Part shown: piece by piece, positions 41,671-51,134 of the stretch
Position numbering within the stretch: the first letter of the stretch is position 1
How the letters are laid out: each line of letters begins with the position of its first letter
NCBI GenBank assembly: GCA_028872915.1
Contig: JAGWNY010000005.1
Location: 21,922-85,921, forward strand
Source of the DNA: Verrucomicrobiota bacterium
GTDB taxonomy: Bacteria; Verrucomicrobiota; Verrucomicrobiia; Limisphaerales; UBA11358
Length of the DNA: 64,000 nucleotides
Reading direction: 5' to 3'
Program-made: the position numbers and the translations under genes
The notes under the pieces: generated by a model
What the model was told of the DNA's origin: nothing
Seen by the model: only the letters and a program-made list of their open reading frames with translations
Database searches by the model: none

Positions 41671-42990
41671 ATGCCGCACGTTCCCCATCCCGTCGAAATC
41701 CTCCGCTTCAACACTTGTGGAAGCGTGGATGACGGCAAGTCCACGCTCATCGGCCGCCTGCTCTACGATTCCAAATCGCTCATGGAGGATCAGTTGGAGG
41801 CGCTGGAGCGCAGCGCGGACATCACTGGCGGCGGACGGATCAATCTGGCCAATCTCACCGACGGCCTGCGGGCGGAGCGGGAACAGGGAATTACCATTGA
41901 CGTGGCTTACCGCTATTTTGCCACCCCGAAACGCAAGTTTATCGTCGCCGACACGCCCGGACACGTTCAGTACACGCGCAACATGGTCACCGGCGCCTCG
42001 ACGGCGAACTTGTCCATCGTGCTGGTGGACGCGCGCGCCGGGGTCATCGAGCAAACCCGCCGGCATATTTATCTCTCATCGCTGCTGGGCATCCCGCACC
42101 TGGTGATCGCGGTCAATAAGATGGACCTGGCGGACTGGAGCGAGGAGCGGTTCCTGGAAATCCGGGACGAAATTGAAGGGTTCATTCCACGGCTGGACGC
42201 CTTTCGTGACGTGAAATTTGTTCCCATCAGCGCCCTCAACGGCGACAACGTGGTGGAACGCTCCAAACAAACGCGGTGGTACGAAGGCCCAACGCTGCTC
42301 GCGCACCTGGAAACCGTCCACATCGCCAGCGACTGGAACCTCGGCGCCCTGCGCTTCCCCGTGCAATGGGTCAACCGCCCAAACAATCCGCGCGACCCGA
42401 AGCTGCACGATTTTCGCGGCCTCGGCGGGCAGGTGGCCGGCGGCATTGTGCGGCGCGGGGACAGGGTCGTGGCGCTGCCAGCGGGCCTCAAGACAACTGT
42501 CAAGGATATTTTTACGCACGAAGGGCCGTTGCGCGAGGCGTTTTGCCCGCAATCGGTGACGCTGTGCCTGGAGCACGACATTGACATCAGCCGCGGCGAC
42601 ATGATTGTCGGCGTGGAAAACCTTCCGGGCCAAAGCGCGGAATTGCACGCGCGCGTTTGCTGGATGCACGCGCGCCCGGTGCAGGCCGGTAAAAAATATT
42701 TTCTCAAACATACCACGCAAACCGTGCAAGCCATCGTCACCGCCCTGGAAAGCCGCATTGACGTGGCGACGTTCGAAGCCGAGCCGGCGCCGGTGCAGTT
42801 GGGAATGAATGACATCGGCATCATCCGGCTGAAGACGGCCAGGCCCCTGGTATTTGACGGCTACAACTTCAACCGGCTGACCGGCTCGTTCATTTTGATT
42901 GAGCAGGGAACCAACGCGACCGTGGCGGCCGGAATGCTCACCGCGCCCTCCGAAGCCGTAAAAGCCGACTACACGGACTTCGCCATTTGA
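41671..42990 (+). CDS. cysN: Sulfate adenylyltransferase subunit 1 (no fused CysC)
   Basis: GSVDDGKSTLIGRLL, EREQGITIDVAYRYF, DTPGH, TGSFILI. Confidence 0.96.
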   Translation: MPHVPHPVEILRFNTCGSVDDGKSTLIGRLLYDSKSLMEDQLEALERSADITGGGRINLANLTDGLRAEREQGITIDVAYRYFATPKRKFIVADTPGHVQYTRNMVTGASTANLSIVLVDARAGVIEQTRRHIYLSSLLGIPHLVIAVNKMDLADWSEERFLEIRDEIEGFIPRLDAFRDVKFVPISALNGDNVVERSKQTRWYEGPTLLAHLETVHIASDWNLGALRFPVQWVNRPNNPRDPKLHDFRGLGGQVAGGIVRRGDRVVALPAGLKTTVKDIFTHEGPLREAFCPQSVTLCLEHDIDISRGDMIVGVENLPGQSAELHARVCWMHARPVQAGKKYFLKHTTQTVQAIVTALESRIDVATFEAEPAPVQLGMNDIGIIRLKTARPLVFDGYNFNRLTGSFILIEQGTNATVAAGMLTAPSEAVKADYTDFAI

Positions 42991-43007
42991 CGGCCGTTTA
43001 CGGGCTG

Positions 43008-43475
43008 TCAGGTTTGTGGGATTTTGAGAGTTTGCCCGGCGAAGATATGGTCGCTATCCAGGCCATTGGCCGCCTTGATGGCTGCCACGGTTGTGCGATG
43101 CAAGCGCGCAATCCCGCTCAACGTATCGCCGGAACGAACGGCAACGGCAACAGTAGCCGCAGCGTGTTTGGACTGCGCAGGCCTGTCCAATTTTGAGACA
43201 GTGGGCTGGGGGGATGGCATGGCGATGGGCGCAGCCGTTATCGCGTCTTGCGAGGCGGGTTCGGGCATGGCCGGAAGCGTCGAAACGGCTGCGGCGGACG
43301 GAATTGGCCCGCCGGCCGCAGCGCGCTCACTCTTGCATCCCTGTATCAACAGACCGACAAGCAACAACACCGCCACGGCTATGCTCACAAAAACATATTT
43401 CTTGAAACGTTCACGCCGGCGTCGCTCGGATTCCATCTGGAAGCACGCCGGAATCTGAAAAGGATTGCTGTTCAT
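43008..43475 (-). CDS. Membrane-anchored LysM domain protein
   Basis: TM helix, Pro/Ala linker, VRSGDTLSGIA..ANGL..GQTLKIP. Confidence 0.88.
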   Translation of the reverse strand: MNSNPFQIPACFQMESERRRRERFKKYVFVSIAVAVLLLVGLLIQGCKSERAAAGGPIPSAAAVSTLPAMPEPASQDAITAAPIAMPSPQPTVSKLDRPAQSKHAAATVAVAVRSGDTLSGIARLHRTTVAAIKAANGLDSDHIFAGQTLKIPQT

Positions 43476-43766
43476 AGGGATTCGAAATCAGTTCCACGCA
43501 TTGAGCATTAGCAATGCCATCGCGGTAATTTTAAATTGACGATTACCGTCCATCGAACAGCCGGGGCAAGGCTGGCGGGAGGCCGGAATGATGCAATTGA
43601 CGCAACCCTTTCTCCCGTCGTTGCTTGGAACGGGCGGACGCCGGAGGGCCTGTCGCTGGCGTTGGGGGTGGAGAATCGGATGCCACGGGCGGGCTGCATT
43701 CAGGCCAAAAAAGCCGCGGGTCCAACTGTCCCACAAAAGGGCACTTATCGGAGGCCGGATGCGGAT

Positions 43767-43795
43767 TTGACGGCGTTTGGCGGCGGCACTAATTT
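43767..43795 (+). promoter_or_regulatory. sigma70 promoter of uvrB (leaderless)
   Basis: TTGACG-17 nt-TAATTT, 7 nt before ATG 43803. Confidence 0.6.
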
Positions 43796-43802
43796 TCGCC
43801 GG

Positions 43803-45890
43803 ATGTTCGAGTTATCAGCGCCTTACGAACCGGCCGGAGACCAGCCGCAAGCGATTGCCCGGCTCACGGCAGGACTGCTGGCCGGAGCCGGGCATCAGGT
43901 GCTGCTGGGGGTGACCGGCTCCGGCAAGACGTTCACGATTGCCAACGTCATCAAGAACCTCAATCGTCCGACCCTTGTCATTTCGCACAACAAGACGCTG
44001 GCGGCCCAGCTTTACGCCGAATTCAAGGGATTCTTTCCGCGCAACGCGGTCGAATACTTCGTGAGCTACTTCGATTACTACCAACCCGAGGCCTATATTC
44101 CCCGAACGGACACTTTTATTGAAAAGGATTCGAGCCGGAACGAGGAGATTGAGCGGCTGCGGCTTTCGACCATGAGTTCCCTCTTTTCGCGGCGCGACGT
44201 GGTCGTGGTGGCGAGTGTTTCCTGCATCTACGGCATTGGCAGCCGGGAGGACTTCGAGGAGATGATCATTCCTTTGCGGACGGGCGGCGGTCCCTCGCGC
44301 GAACAGCTTCTAAGCCGGATGGTGGATTTGCAATATGAACGCAACGACATCGCCTTCGAGCGGGGCCATTTCCGGGTGCGCGGCGACACCGTGGAAGTCC
44401 GGCCCGCCGGACGGGAAGACGGGCTGCGGATTGAATATTTCGGGGACGAAATCGAGCGGCTGACCCGATTTGAACCCCCGACCGGCCGCAACGCGGAGGT
44501 TTTGGAAGCGGCAACCATTTTTCCGGCGAAACAATTCGTGACAACTGGAGAGAAGATGAAGCGGGCCATTCTGACAATCCGCGAGGAGCTGGGCGAACGG
44601 ATTGCGTGGTTTGAGAAGAACGGCAAGCTGCTCGAAGCCCAGCGCGTCAAACAGCGGACGGAGTTCGATTTGGAGATGATGGAGGAAACGGGGGTTTGTT
44701 CCGGTATCGAAAATTATTCGCGCCACATTTCAGGCCGTCCCCCTGGTTCGCACCCGAACACGCTCTTTGATTTTTTTCCGGGCGACTATCTCCTCGTCAT
44801 TGACGAATCTCACGTGACTGTCCCGCAGATCGGCGCGATGTACGAAGGCGACCGCTCGCGCAAGACGGTTTTGGTGCAGCACGGGTTCCGGCTGCCCAGC
44901 GCGCTGGACAACCGGCCCCTGAACTTTTTGGAATTTCAAGCCATGCAGAACCAGACGATCTACGTGAGCGCGACGCCCGCCCAACGGGAGATCGAATGGG
45001 CGCGGCAGGCGGCGGTTCATGGCGGCCACGGCGGAGCGGAGGGGGGCGCGGCCAGCCGGGCCGGAGTGGTGGAATTGGTCGTGCGGCCCACGGGGCTGGT
45101 TGACCCCGCCGTCACGGTCAAGCCCCTCGCCGGCCAGATAGACGACCTCATTGAGGAAGCGCGCGCGCGGGCCGACAAGAAAGAGCGCGTGCTCGTGACC
45201 ACCCTCACCAAGCGCACGGCGGAGGAATTGACCGATTACCTCCGCGGGATTGGCGTCAACGTCCAGTATCTGCACAGCGAAATAGACGCAATCGAGCGCG
45301 TGGAAATCCTGCGGGCGCTGCGGAAGGGGGAATTTGACGTTTTGGTCGGCATCAATCTGCTCCGCGAAGGGCTGGATTTGCCCGAGGTATCGCTCGTGGC
45401 CATTCTCGACGCGGACAAGGAGGGCTTTTTGCGGAGCGAAACCAGCCTCATTCAGACCGCGGGCCGCGCCGCGCGCCATCTGAATGGCGAAGTGATCCTG
45501 TACGCCGACGTGATGACCGGGAGCATCAAAAAATTTCTGGCGGTCACGGAATACCGCCGCCGAAAACAGTTGGATTACAATGCGGCGCATCACATCACGC
45601 CCCGCAGTGTGAGCCGCGCCGTCGAGGAGAGCCTGGCCGTGTATGAATCGCGGCGCCAGGAAGGCCAGTCCGTGTTGCGGGACGCGAAGATGGACATTGA
45701 CCTGGCCGCAACCATTCAGGAATTGGAGTCGGACATGCTCAAGGCGGCGGAAGACCTGCAATTTGAAAAGGCCGCGTTATTGCGGGACCAAGTCAAGGAA
45801 CTTAAACGAATGCTGGCCGGCGACAAATCCGAAGCGCCCGCGGAACGCGCCGATTACAGAAAAAATCGCGCGCGGCGCAGCCGCCCTTGA
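43803..45890 (+). CDS. uvrB: Excinuclease ABC subunit B
   Basis: [11 protein letters not shown]-like [30 protein letters not shown]. Confidence 0.97.
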   Translation: MFELSAPYEPAGDQPQAIARLTAGLLAGAGHQVLLGVTGSGKTFTIANVIKNLNRPTLVISHNKTLAAQLYAEFKGFFPRNAVEYFVSYFDYYQPEAYIPRTDTFIEKDSSRNEEIERLRLSTMSSLFSRRDVVVVASVSCIYGIGSREDFEEMIIPLRTGGGPSREQLLSRMVDLQYERNDIAFERGHFRVRGDTVEVRPAGREDGLRIEYFGDEIERLTRFEPPTGRNAEVLEAATIFPAKQFVTTGEKMKRAILTIREELGERIAWFEKNGKLLEAQRVKQRTEFDLEMMEETGVCSGIENYSRHISGRPPGSHPNTLFDFFPGDYLLVIDESHVTVPQIGAMYEGDRSRKTVLVQHGFRLPSALDNRPLNFLEFQAMQNQTIYVSATPAQREIEWARQAAVHGGHGGAEGGAASRAGVVELVVRPTGLVDPAVTVKPLAGQIDDLIEEARARADKKERVLVTTLTKRTAEELTDYLRGIGVNVQYLHSEIDAIERVEILRALRKGEFDVLVGINLLREGLDLPEVSLVAILDADKEGFLRSETSLIQTAGRAARHLNGEVILYADVMTGSIKKFLAVTEYRRRKQLDYNAAHHITPRSVSRAVEESLAVYESRRQEGQSVLRDAKMDIDLAATIQELESDMLKAAEDLQFEKAALLRDQVKELKRMLAGDKSEAPAERADYRKNRARRSRP

Positions 45891-45938
45891 GACCGGTTCT
45901 GATTTCACCCTCTCCCCTTGAGGGCCGGGTCAGGATGT

Positions 45939-46034
45939 GCCATCGTCTCCTCGTGGGAGCGGACGCAAGGACGCTCTCGCTTCCCCTGTGCTTTGCGCCC
46001 TTCGCGCGGGGCGTTTTTCCCCGATTCCGAACAC
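45939..46034 (-). repeat. Intergenic REP/MITE-like repeat copy
   Basis: Reverse complement aligns with 13870-13991. Confidence 0.65.
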
Positions 46035-46168
46035 CGATTCCGAACCCTGCCGCTTTCATTCGCTTTCATTCGCGGTTAAAAATCCGTGTTCCATGCCGGG
46101 CATAAAGTTTGCTTTACCGCAAGGCGGCGCAAACCTAATGTTTGCGCCTCAATGGGCACTGATGTTTG

Positions 46169-48718
46169 ATGAACTCGGAAAACCTTGCAGCCAAACCGAT
46201 GCCTGAAATTCAAGCCGGCAACGCGACATTGGCCGGCCCGATTTCCGCGTGGGCGGCGCGCCATCCTGTTCTGATAATTTGGGCGGCATCGGCGCTGGCC
46301 CTCACGGTCAATTGCTTCCCGGTGATATTTCTGGGGCGGAGTTTCGTGGCGCCGACGGATGGGATTCCCCTGGTTTACAGTTGGGGCATGCCGCTTCCGG
46401 AAATGAAGCCGACCCGGTATTATTCAGTCCACGGAAGCGACATCGCAGCCATGATGATTGGGGAAGTGCCGGCCGGATTTGTTGAGTCGCGAAGCGTCTG
46501 GGAGCACGGAGAGTTGCCGTTATGGGATCGGTATGGGCATTGCGGCTACACGATGATAGGCCAGGCAATTTTCATGCTGGAGGACCCGCTGCAATGGATC
46601 GTCATCATCGGGCATGGTTCGGCGCCGGCCTGGGACATAAAATTTCTGGCGGCGAAGCTTCTTTTTTGCGTTGGGTTTGGGTTGCTCATTTTGCGCCTCA
46701 CAAGGAGCAAGCCGCTGGCGGCCATTTACGCCGCGCTGGCGGCTTATTGCGGCGCTTTTTTCTATATTAACGCTCACCCTTCCTTTTTTGTTTTCTGTTA
46801 TTCACCATGGGTTTTATTGTCGGCGCTGGCGCTCCTGGATTTGCGTTCCGGCGCCTCGTGGCGGGCGGGATTGGGCTGGTTGTTGGCGAATGTGGCTTGT
46901 TTTAACGGAGGAGACGCGGAGGCGGCCGTGACGTTGATAGGCGGGCTGAATTTGGCGGCGTTTATTTTTGCATTGACATCATGCCGCGCCATGGGCGACG
47001 TCGCCAGGGTGGCGGGGCGCATGGCCGTGGGGACCGCCCTGTTTCTTGGCTTGACGGCGCCGGTATGGATGACTTTTTGGCGCGCGCTGCCATGTTCCTA
47101 CACGGCGCACCAGCAGGTCTTCGCGGGGCTGTTGCCGTTTACGGACTCGGCTCGCGCGGCGAACGTTGGAAATGTTTATCTCCAGCATATCTTGGCGGGG
47201 CTGGTGCCGTTTGCGGACCTGATGGGGGCCTTTGAAGATGTATTTTATCGCCGGGCTTTGCCGGGACCTCAATATGCCCCGCCTGCGCCGGGAACCAGCT
47301 TGCTGGTGATGGCCGGTTCCATTTTCGCCGCGTTGCGATGGCGGGAATTGAAGAAGGAACGCTTTTTCTGGATCAACAGCGCGGCCATTTTCCTATGGGG
47401 CGGGTTGGTTTTCGGCTTGATTCCCGCCGCAGTGATACGCCACATACCCTTGTTCAACCGAGTGGGTCATGCGTACACCGATTTTTCCTATTTACTGGTG
47501 ATACATCTTACGATCCAAAGCGCCTATGGATTTGCGCGGCTGGCTGCGGCAAGGGATTTCCGGCGCGTGGCGATGGATTTTGCCTGGATCGGGTTGATTG
47601 CCGCGGCCATGCTTGGCATCTATTGCGTGAGCCTGAAGCATGGGCCGCTTCCGTGGAATTATCTCCTGTGCGTGGGCGCCGGCGCGGCGGGGGCGCCGTT
47701 GGTCTTTGCGTATTTGAAATCGCGGAAGGGGCGGGTATCGGTTCTGGGATGGGCGTGCGTTCTGGTTCTGGGTTTCATCGCGCAGTTCCGATTTGGGATT
47801 TACGCGTTTGGAAGCGATTCGCTGTTGATGATCTTCGGCCCGCGCGTTGTTTTAAATGCTCCCAGCGACGCCGTGGATTGGATCAAGAACAATTCATCCG
47901 ACCCCTTCCGCGTCATGGGAAGAAGTTATTGGGATTTTTTTGGCGATTACGCCGCGGTGTACGGGTTGGAAGACATTCGGTCCTGCGCGCCGCTCAGCAG
48001 CGCCGCCTATATCAATCTCGTCAGCCATTTTCCAGGCGCGCGTTTTGGCCAGAAGTGGATGATCAAGGTGAATCCCATCGAAGCGCAACCGCTCCTGAAT
48101 CTGCTCAACGTCAGGTACGTTCTGACCCGGCCCAATGTAAAAATCCCGAACGGAACGGATTATCGCGAGGTCCATCGCGGCGATTTCGGAGTGGTGGAAA
48201 ATCCGGAGGCATGGCCCCGGGCTTTTTTTACAGACAAGGTAATTCCCGTTTCTTCCAACGCGCAATTCATCCAGTATCTTGGTGCAAATGGCAAACAGCC
48301 TTTCGCGGCATTGAATTCCAGCGACATTGCACAACGGCCCGCGTTGCGGCAATTGGAGAACACGGCCCATGCAACCGTCGTGGCGGCGGACGATTACCGT
48401 CTTTTGCCCAACTCAACCGCCTTTGACATTCGCGTTCCGCGCGCCGGAATTGTGTCCCTGGCGGAGGGACAGGCCGGCGATTTCATCGCCACCGCCAACG
48501 GGCGGCCGGCGCCGGTGCTGGCCGTCAACGAAGCCTTCAAGGGCATCTATCTGGATCGGCCCGGCAATTATCGCGTCATCTTTACTTACCGTCCTCCGCG
48601 TTGGGCGGCGGCCTGCGCGTTGTTCTGGGGCGCGCTGGCGGCGGCGATGGCATGGGCGGTCTCCGGTCTTTTCCAACCGCGCGTCGCGCCCGGTTTTTCG
48701 AGAGGAGGCGAACCATGA
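46169..48718 (+). CDS. YfhO-like multi-TM membrane protein (GT-C-like glycosyltransferase)
   Basis: GELPLWDRY..G, many TM helices, LLNVRYV, NPEAWPRAF, FTYRP C-terminus. Confidence 0.7.
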   Translation: MNSENLAAKPMPEIQAGNATLAGPISAWAARHPVLIIWAASALALTVNCFPVIFLGRSFVAPTDGIPLVYSWGMPLPEMKPTRYYSVHGSDIAAMMIGEVPAGFVESRSVWEHGELPLWDRYGHCGYTMIGQAIFMLEDPLQWIVIIGHGSAPAWDIKFLAAKLLFCVGFGLLILRLTRSKPLAAIYAALAAYCGAFFYINAHPSFFVFCYSPWVLLSALALLDLRSGASWRAGLGWLLANVACFNGGDAEAAVTLIGGLNLAAFIFALTSCRAMGDVARVAGRMAVGTALFLGLTAPVWMTFWRALPCSYTAHQQVFAGLLPFTDSARAANVGNVYLQHILAGLVPFADLMGAFEDVFYRRALPGPQYAPPAPGTSLLVMAGSIFAALRWRELKKERFFWINSAAIFLWGGLVFGLIPAAVIRHIPLFNRVGHAYTDFSYLLVIHLTIQSAYGFARLAAARDFRRVAMDFAWIGLIAAAMLGIYCVSLKHGPLPWNYLLCVGAGAAGAPLVFAYLKSRKGRVSVLGWACVLVLGFIAQFRFGIYAFGSDSLLMIFGPRVVLNAPSDAVDWIKNNSSDPFRVMGRSYWDFFGDYAAVYGLEDIRSCAPLSSAAYINLVSHFPGARFGQKWMIKVNPIEAQPLLNLLNVRYVLTRPNVKIPNGTDYREVHRGDFGVVENPEAWPRAFFTDKVIPVSSNAQFIQYLGANGKQPFAALNSSDIAQRPALRQLENTAHATVVAADDYRLLPNSTAFDIRVPRAGIVSLAEGQAGDFIATANGRPAPVLAVNEAFKGIYLDRPGNYRVIFTYRPPRWAAACALFWGALAAAMAWAVSGLFQPRVAPGFSRGGEP

Positions 48719-50466
48719 ATCCAGTCGCGAATGCCTCCGGCGGCAGGCCGATGATCAAAGTCTGTCCCGTCTGCGGAAACGCCCGCGTTTATTATCTCTT
48801 CTCCACGGCCGACTTTCGCATGGTGCGGTGCGAGGATTGCGGATTGATCTTCCTCAATCCCCAACCCAGCGACCAGGAATTGGCGAAAATTTACGCCGCC
48901 AATTGTTTCCCGGACGGCCGCGAAAATGAAGAAGGACGGCGGGTTGCGCTCGAAATGAGGCAGGCTACCGTGAAATTTTATCTGTCGCAAATCGCGCGCT
49001 ATCGCGGGCCGGGAACGGGGCGGCTTCTCGAAGTGGGCTGCGGCAACGGCGATTTGCTCGCGGAAGCCGAAGCGGCCGGATGGGACGTGACCGGCATTGA
49101 CTACTCGGCGGCGGCCTGCGAGCGGGCGCGGCAACGTCTCACCCGGGGCAACGTGCGATGCGGTGAATTAACGGGGGCAAACCTCGCGGAGAACCAGTTC
49201 GACCTTTGCATTATTTCCGATCAGTTGCAAAACGTCCGTTCTCCAGTGAAGTTTCTTGGCGAAATTCATCGCCTGCTCAAGCCCGGCGGCACCCTGTTTG
49301 TCACGACGCTTTCCACCGATTCCTGGCCCGCGCGGTTCCTGCGCCATAAATGGATGGAATTCAAAGCCGGGCACCTGACTTATTTCAACCGCCCCACCAT
49401 CCAGACGGCGCTCTTCCGCGCCGCCTTCCGGCAGGTGATTGTCCTGCCAGGCTGGAAAATTTTGAATTTTGACCACGTAAAAAAGCGCCTCGACCAGTTC
49501 CCGGTTCCCGTTATCACGCCGGTTGTCCGGATGCTGGCGCGCGTTTTGCCCAAAAAAACCCAATTGCGGCCCAGGCGCGTCGTCGCCAATGGCATCACGA
49601 TTTTTTCCCGAAAGGCCGAGGTCCATCCGCGCGAATCGCTATCCGTCATCGTGCCGGCCTACAACGAAGCCGCCACGTTTTGCGCGCTCATGGACGCGCT
49701 TTTGGCCAGGGAACTGCCGGACCTTCATATCGAAGTCGTCGTGGTGGAAAGCCATTCCACGGACGGCACGCGCGAACTGGCCATGAAATACAAGGAGCAT
49801 CCGCGCGTGAAATTGATTTTGGAAGACCGCCCCAAGGGCAAGGGGCACGCCGTTCGGGCGGGATTGAAGGCCGCCACGGGGGATTACGTGTTGATCCAGG
49901 ACGCCGATTTGGAATATGACCTCGAAGATTACGATGCCTTGCTCGAACCGTTGCGGGCGGGCCGGGCCGCCTTCGTGCTTGGCTCGCGGCACGGCGGCCG
50001 CAATGTCATGAAAATGCGCCAGTTCGCCGGCCAACGCAGCTTGAGCGCCTTCTTGAACACCGGCCACTGGCTTTTTACGTCGCTCATCAATGTCCTCTTC
50101 TTGCAGCGCCTGCGCGATCCCTTCACCATGTTCAAAGTCTTTCGCAGGGATTGCCTGTTCGGCCTGGAATTTGAGTGCAACCGGTTCGACTTCGATTTCG
50201 AGTTGCTCATCAAACTCATCCGTAAAGGCTACCGCCCGGTGGAATTGCCGGTCAATTATCGCTCGCGGTCGTTTGAAGAAGGTAAAAAAGTTCGAATGTT
50301 CCGGGACCCGCTCACCTGGCTGGCGGCGCTTCTCCGGTTGCGATTGGCCAGGCTTTCCCCCTTGCGCGCCGTCGAGAAAAAACGGCGCGCGGACCAGAAG
50401 GCAAGGGTATTTGCTATCATTGCAGGCGCCGAATCTCCTGACCCGCCCTCCAAAACCACGCCATGA
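48715..50466 (+). CDS. Fusion of a Zn-ribbon/class I SAM methyltransferase and a GT2 (DPM1-like) glycosyltransferase
   Basis: CPVC..CEDC, LLEVGCGNG; then VIVPAYNE, GKGHAVR, QDADLEY. Confidence 0.85.
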   Translation: MNPVANASGGRPMIKVCPVCGNARVYYLFSTADFRMVRCEDCGLIFLNPQPSDQELAKIYAANCFPDGRENEEGRRVALEMRQATVKFYLSQIARYRGPGTGRLLEVGCGNGDLLAEAEAAGWDVTGIDYSAAACERARQRLTRGNVRCGELTGANLAENQFDLCIISDQLQNVRSPVKFLGEIHRLLKPGGTLFVTTLSTDSWPARFLRHKWMEFKAGHLTYFNRPTIQTALFRAAFRQVIVLPGWKILNFDHVKKRLDQFPVPVITPVVRMLARVLPKKTQLRPRRVVANGITIFSRKAEVHPRESLSVIVPAYNEAATFCALMDALLARELPDLHIEVVVVESHSTDGTRELAMKYKEHPRVKLILEDRPKGKGHAVRAGLKAATGDYVLIQDADLEYDLEDYDALLEPLRAGRAAFVLGSRHGGRNVMKMRQFAGQRSLSAFLNTGHWLFTSLINVLFLQRLRDPFTMFKVFRRDCLFGLEFECNRFDFDFELLIKLIRKGYRPVELPVNYRSRSFEEGKKVRMFRDPLTWLAALLRLRLARLSPLRAVEKKRRADQKARVFAIIAGAESPDPPSKTTP

Positions 50467-51071
50467 TTGCAACCGTCGCGCGCGGCCGTCAAACGCTCCG
50501 TTTGTTCGTCGCGCTCCTCATCCCACAAACCGTGCGCCGGGAAATCGCAAAGGTCCAGGCGGTGTTGAAGGAATTGCCGCCGGCGAACGCCATGCGTTGG
50601 ACCCCGCCCGAACAGTTTCATTTGACCCTCAAATTTCTTGGAGCCGTCCCATCACCCGCGGTGGCCGATTTGACCGCCGCATTGGCGCGGGCTTGTGCCG
50701 GAGTCGTTCCATTCCGCGTGACGGCCCGCGGAATCGGCTTCTTTCCCCATGTCCGGTCGCCGCGGGTCGCGTGGATCGGCCTGGAATCCGCGGGAATCAT
50801 CCTGGCGGACCTGCGACAGCGGGTGGAACAGGCGGCTGCGCCGTTCGGCAAACGAACCGAATCGCAAAAGTTCGCCCCCCACGCCACCCTCGGCCGGTTC
50901 AAGCGGATGAACCGCTGCGACCTGAAAAAATTCTTGGACGCCGTCATCCCGTTCCGCGACCGCAATTTTGGCGAATGGCAGGCCCGTGAAATCTTCCTGA
51001 TGCGCAGCCAGTTGTCATCGTCCGGCTCGCGCCACGTGGCCCTCTCATCCTTCCCCCTGGACGCCAAATAA
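50463..51071 (+). CDS. thpR: RNA 2',3'-cyclic phosphodiesterase (2H family)
   Basis: RLFVAL, HLTLKFLG and PHATLGR (two HxT motifs). Confidence 0.9.
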   Translation: MIATVARGRQTLRLFVALLIPQTVRREIAKVQAVLKELPPANAMRWTPPEQFHLTLKFLGAVPSPAVADLTAALARACAGVVPFRVTARGIGFFPHVRSPRVAWIGLESAGIILADLRQRVEQAAAPFGKRTESQKFAPHATLGRFKRMNRCDLKKFLDAVIPFRDRNFGEWQAREIFLMRSQLSSSGSRHVALSSFPLDAK

Positions 51072-51134
51072 ATTATCAAATCCGTGAAACCTATGCGATA
51101 ATTGAACGTCTAATGATGATAACCAGTTAGTCGT

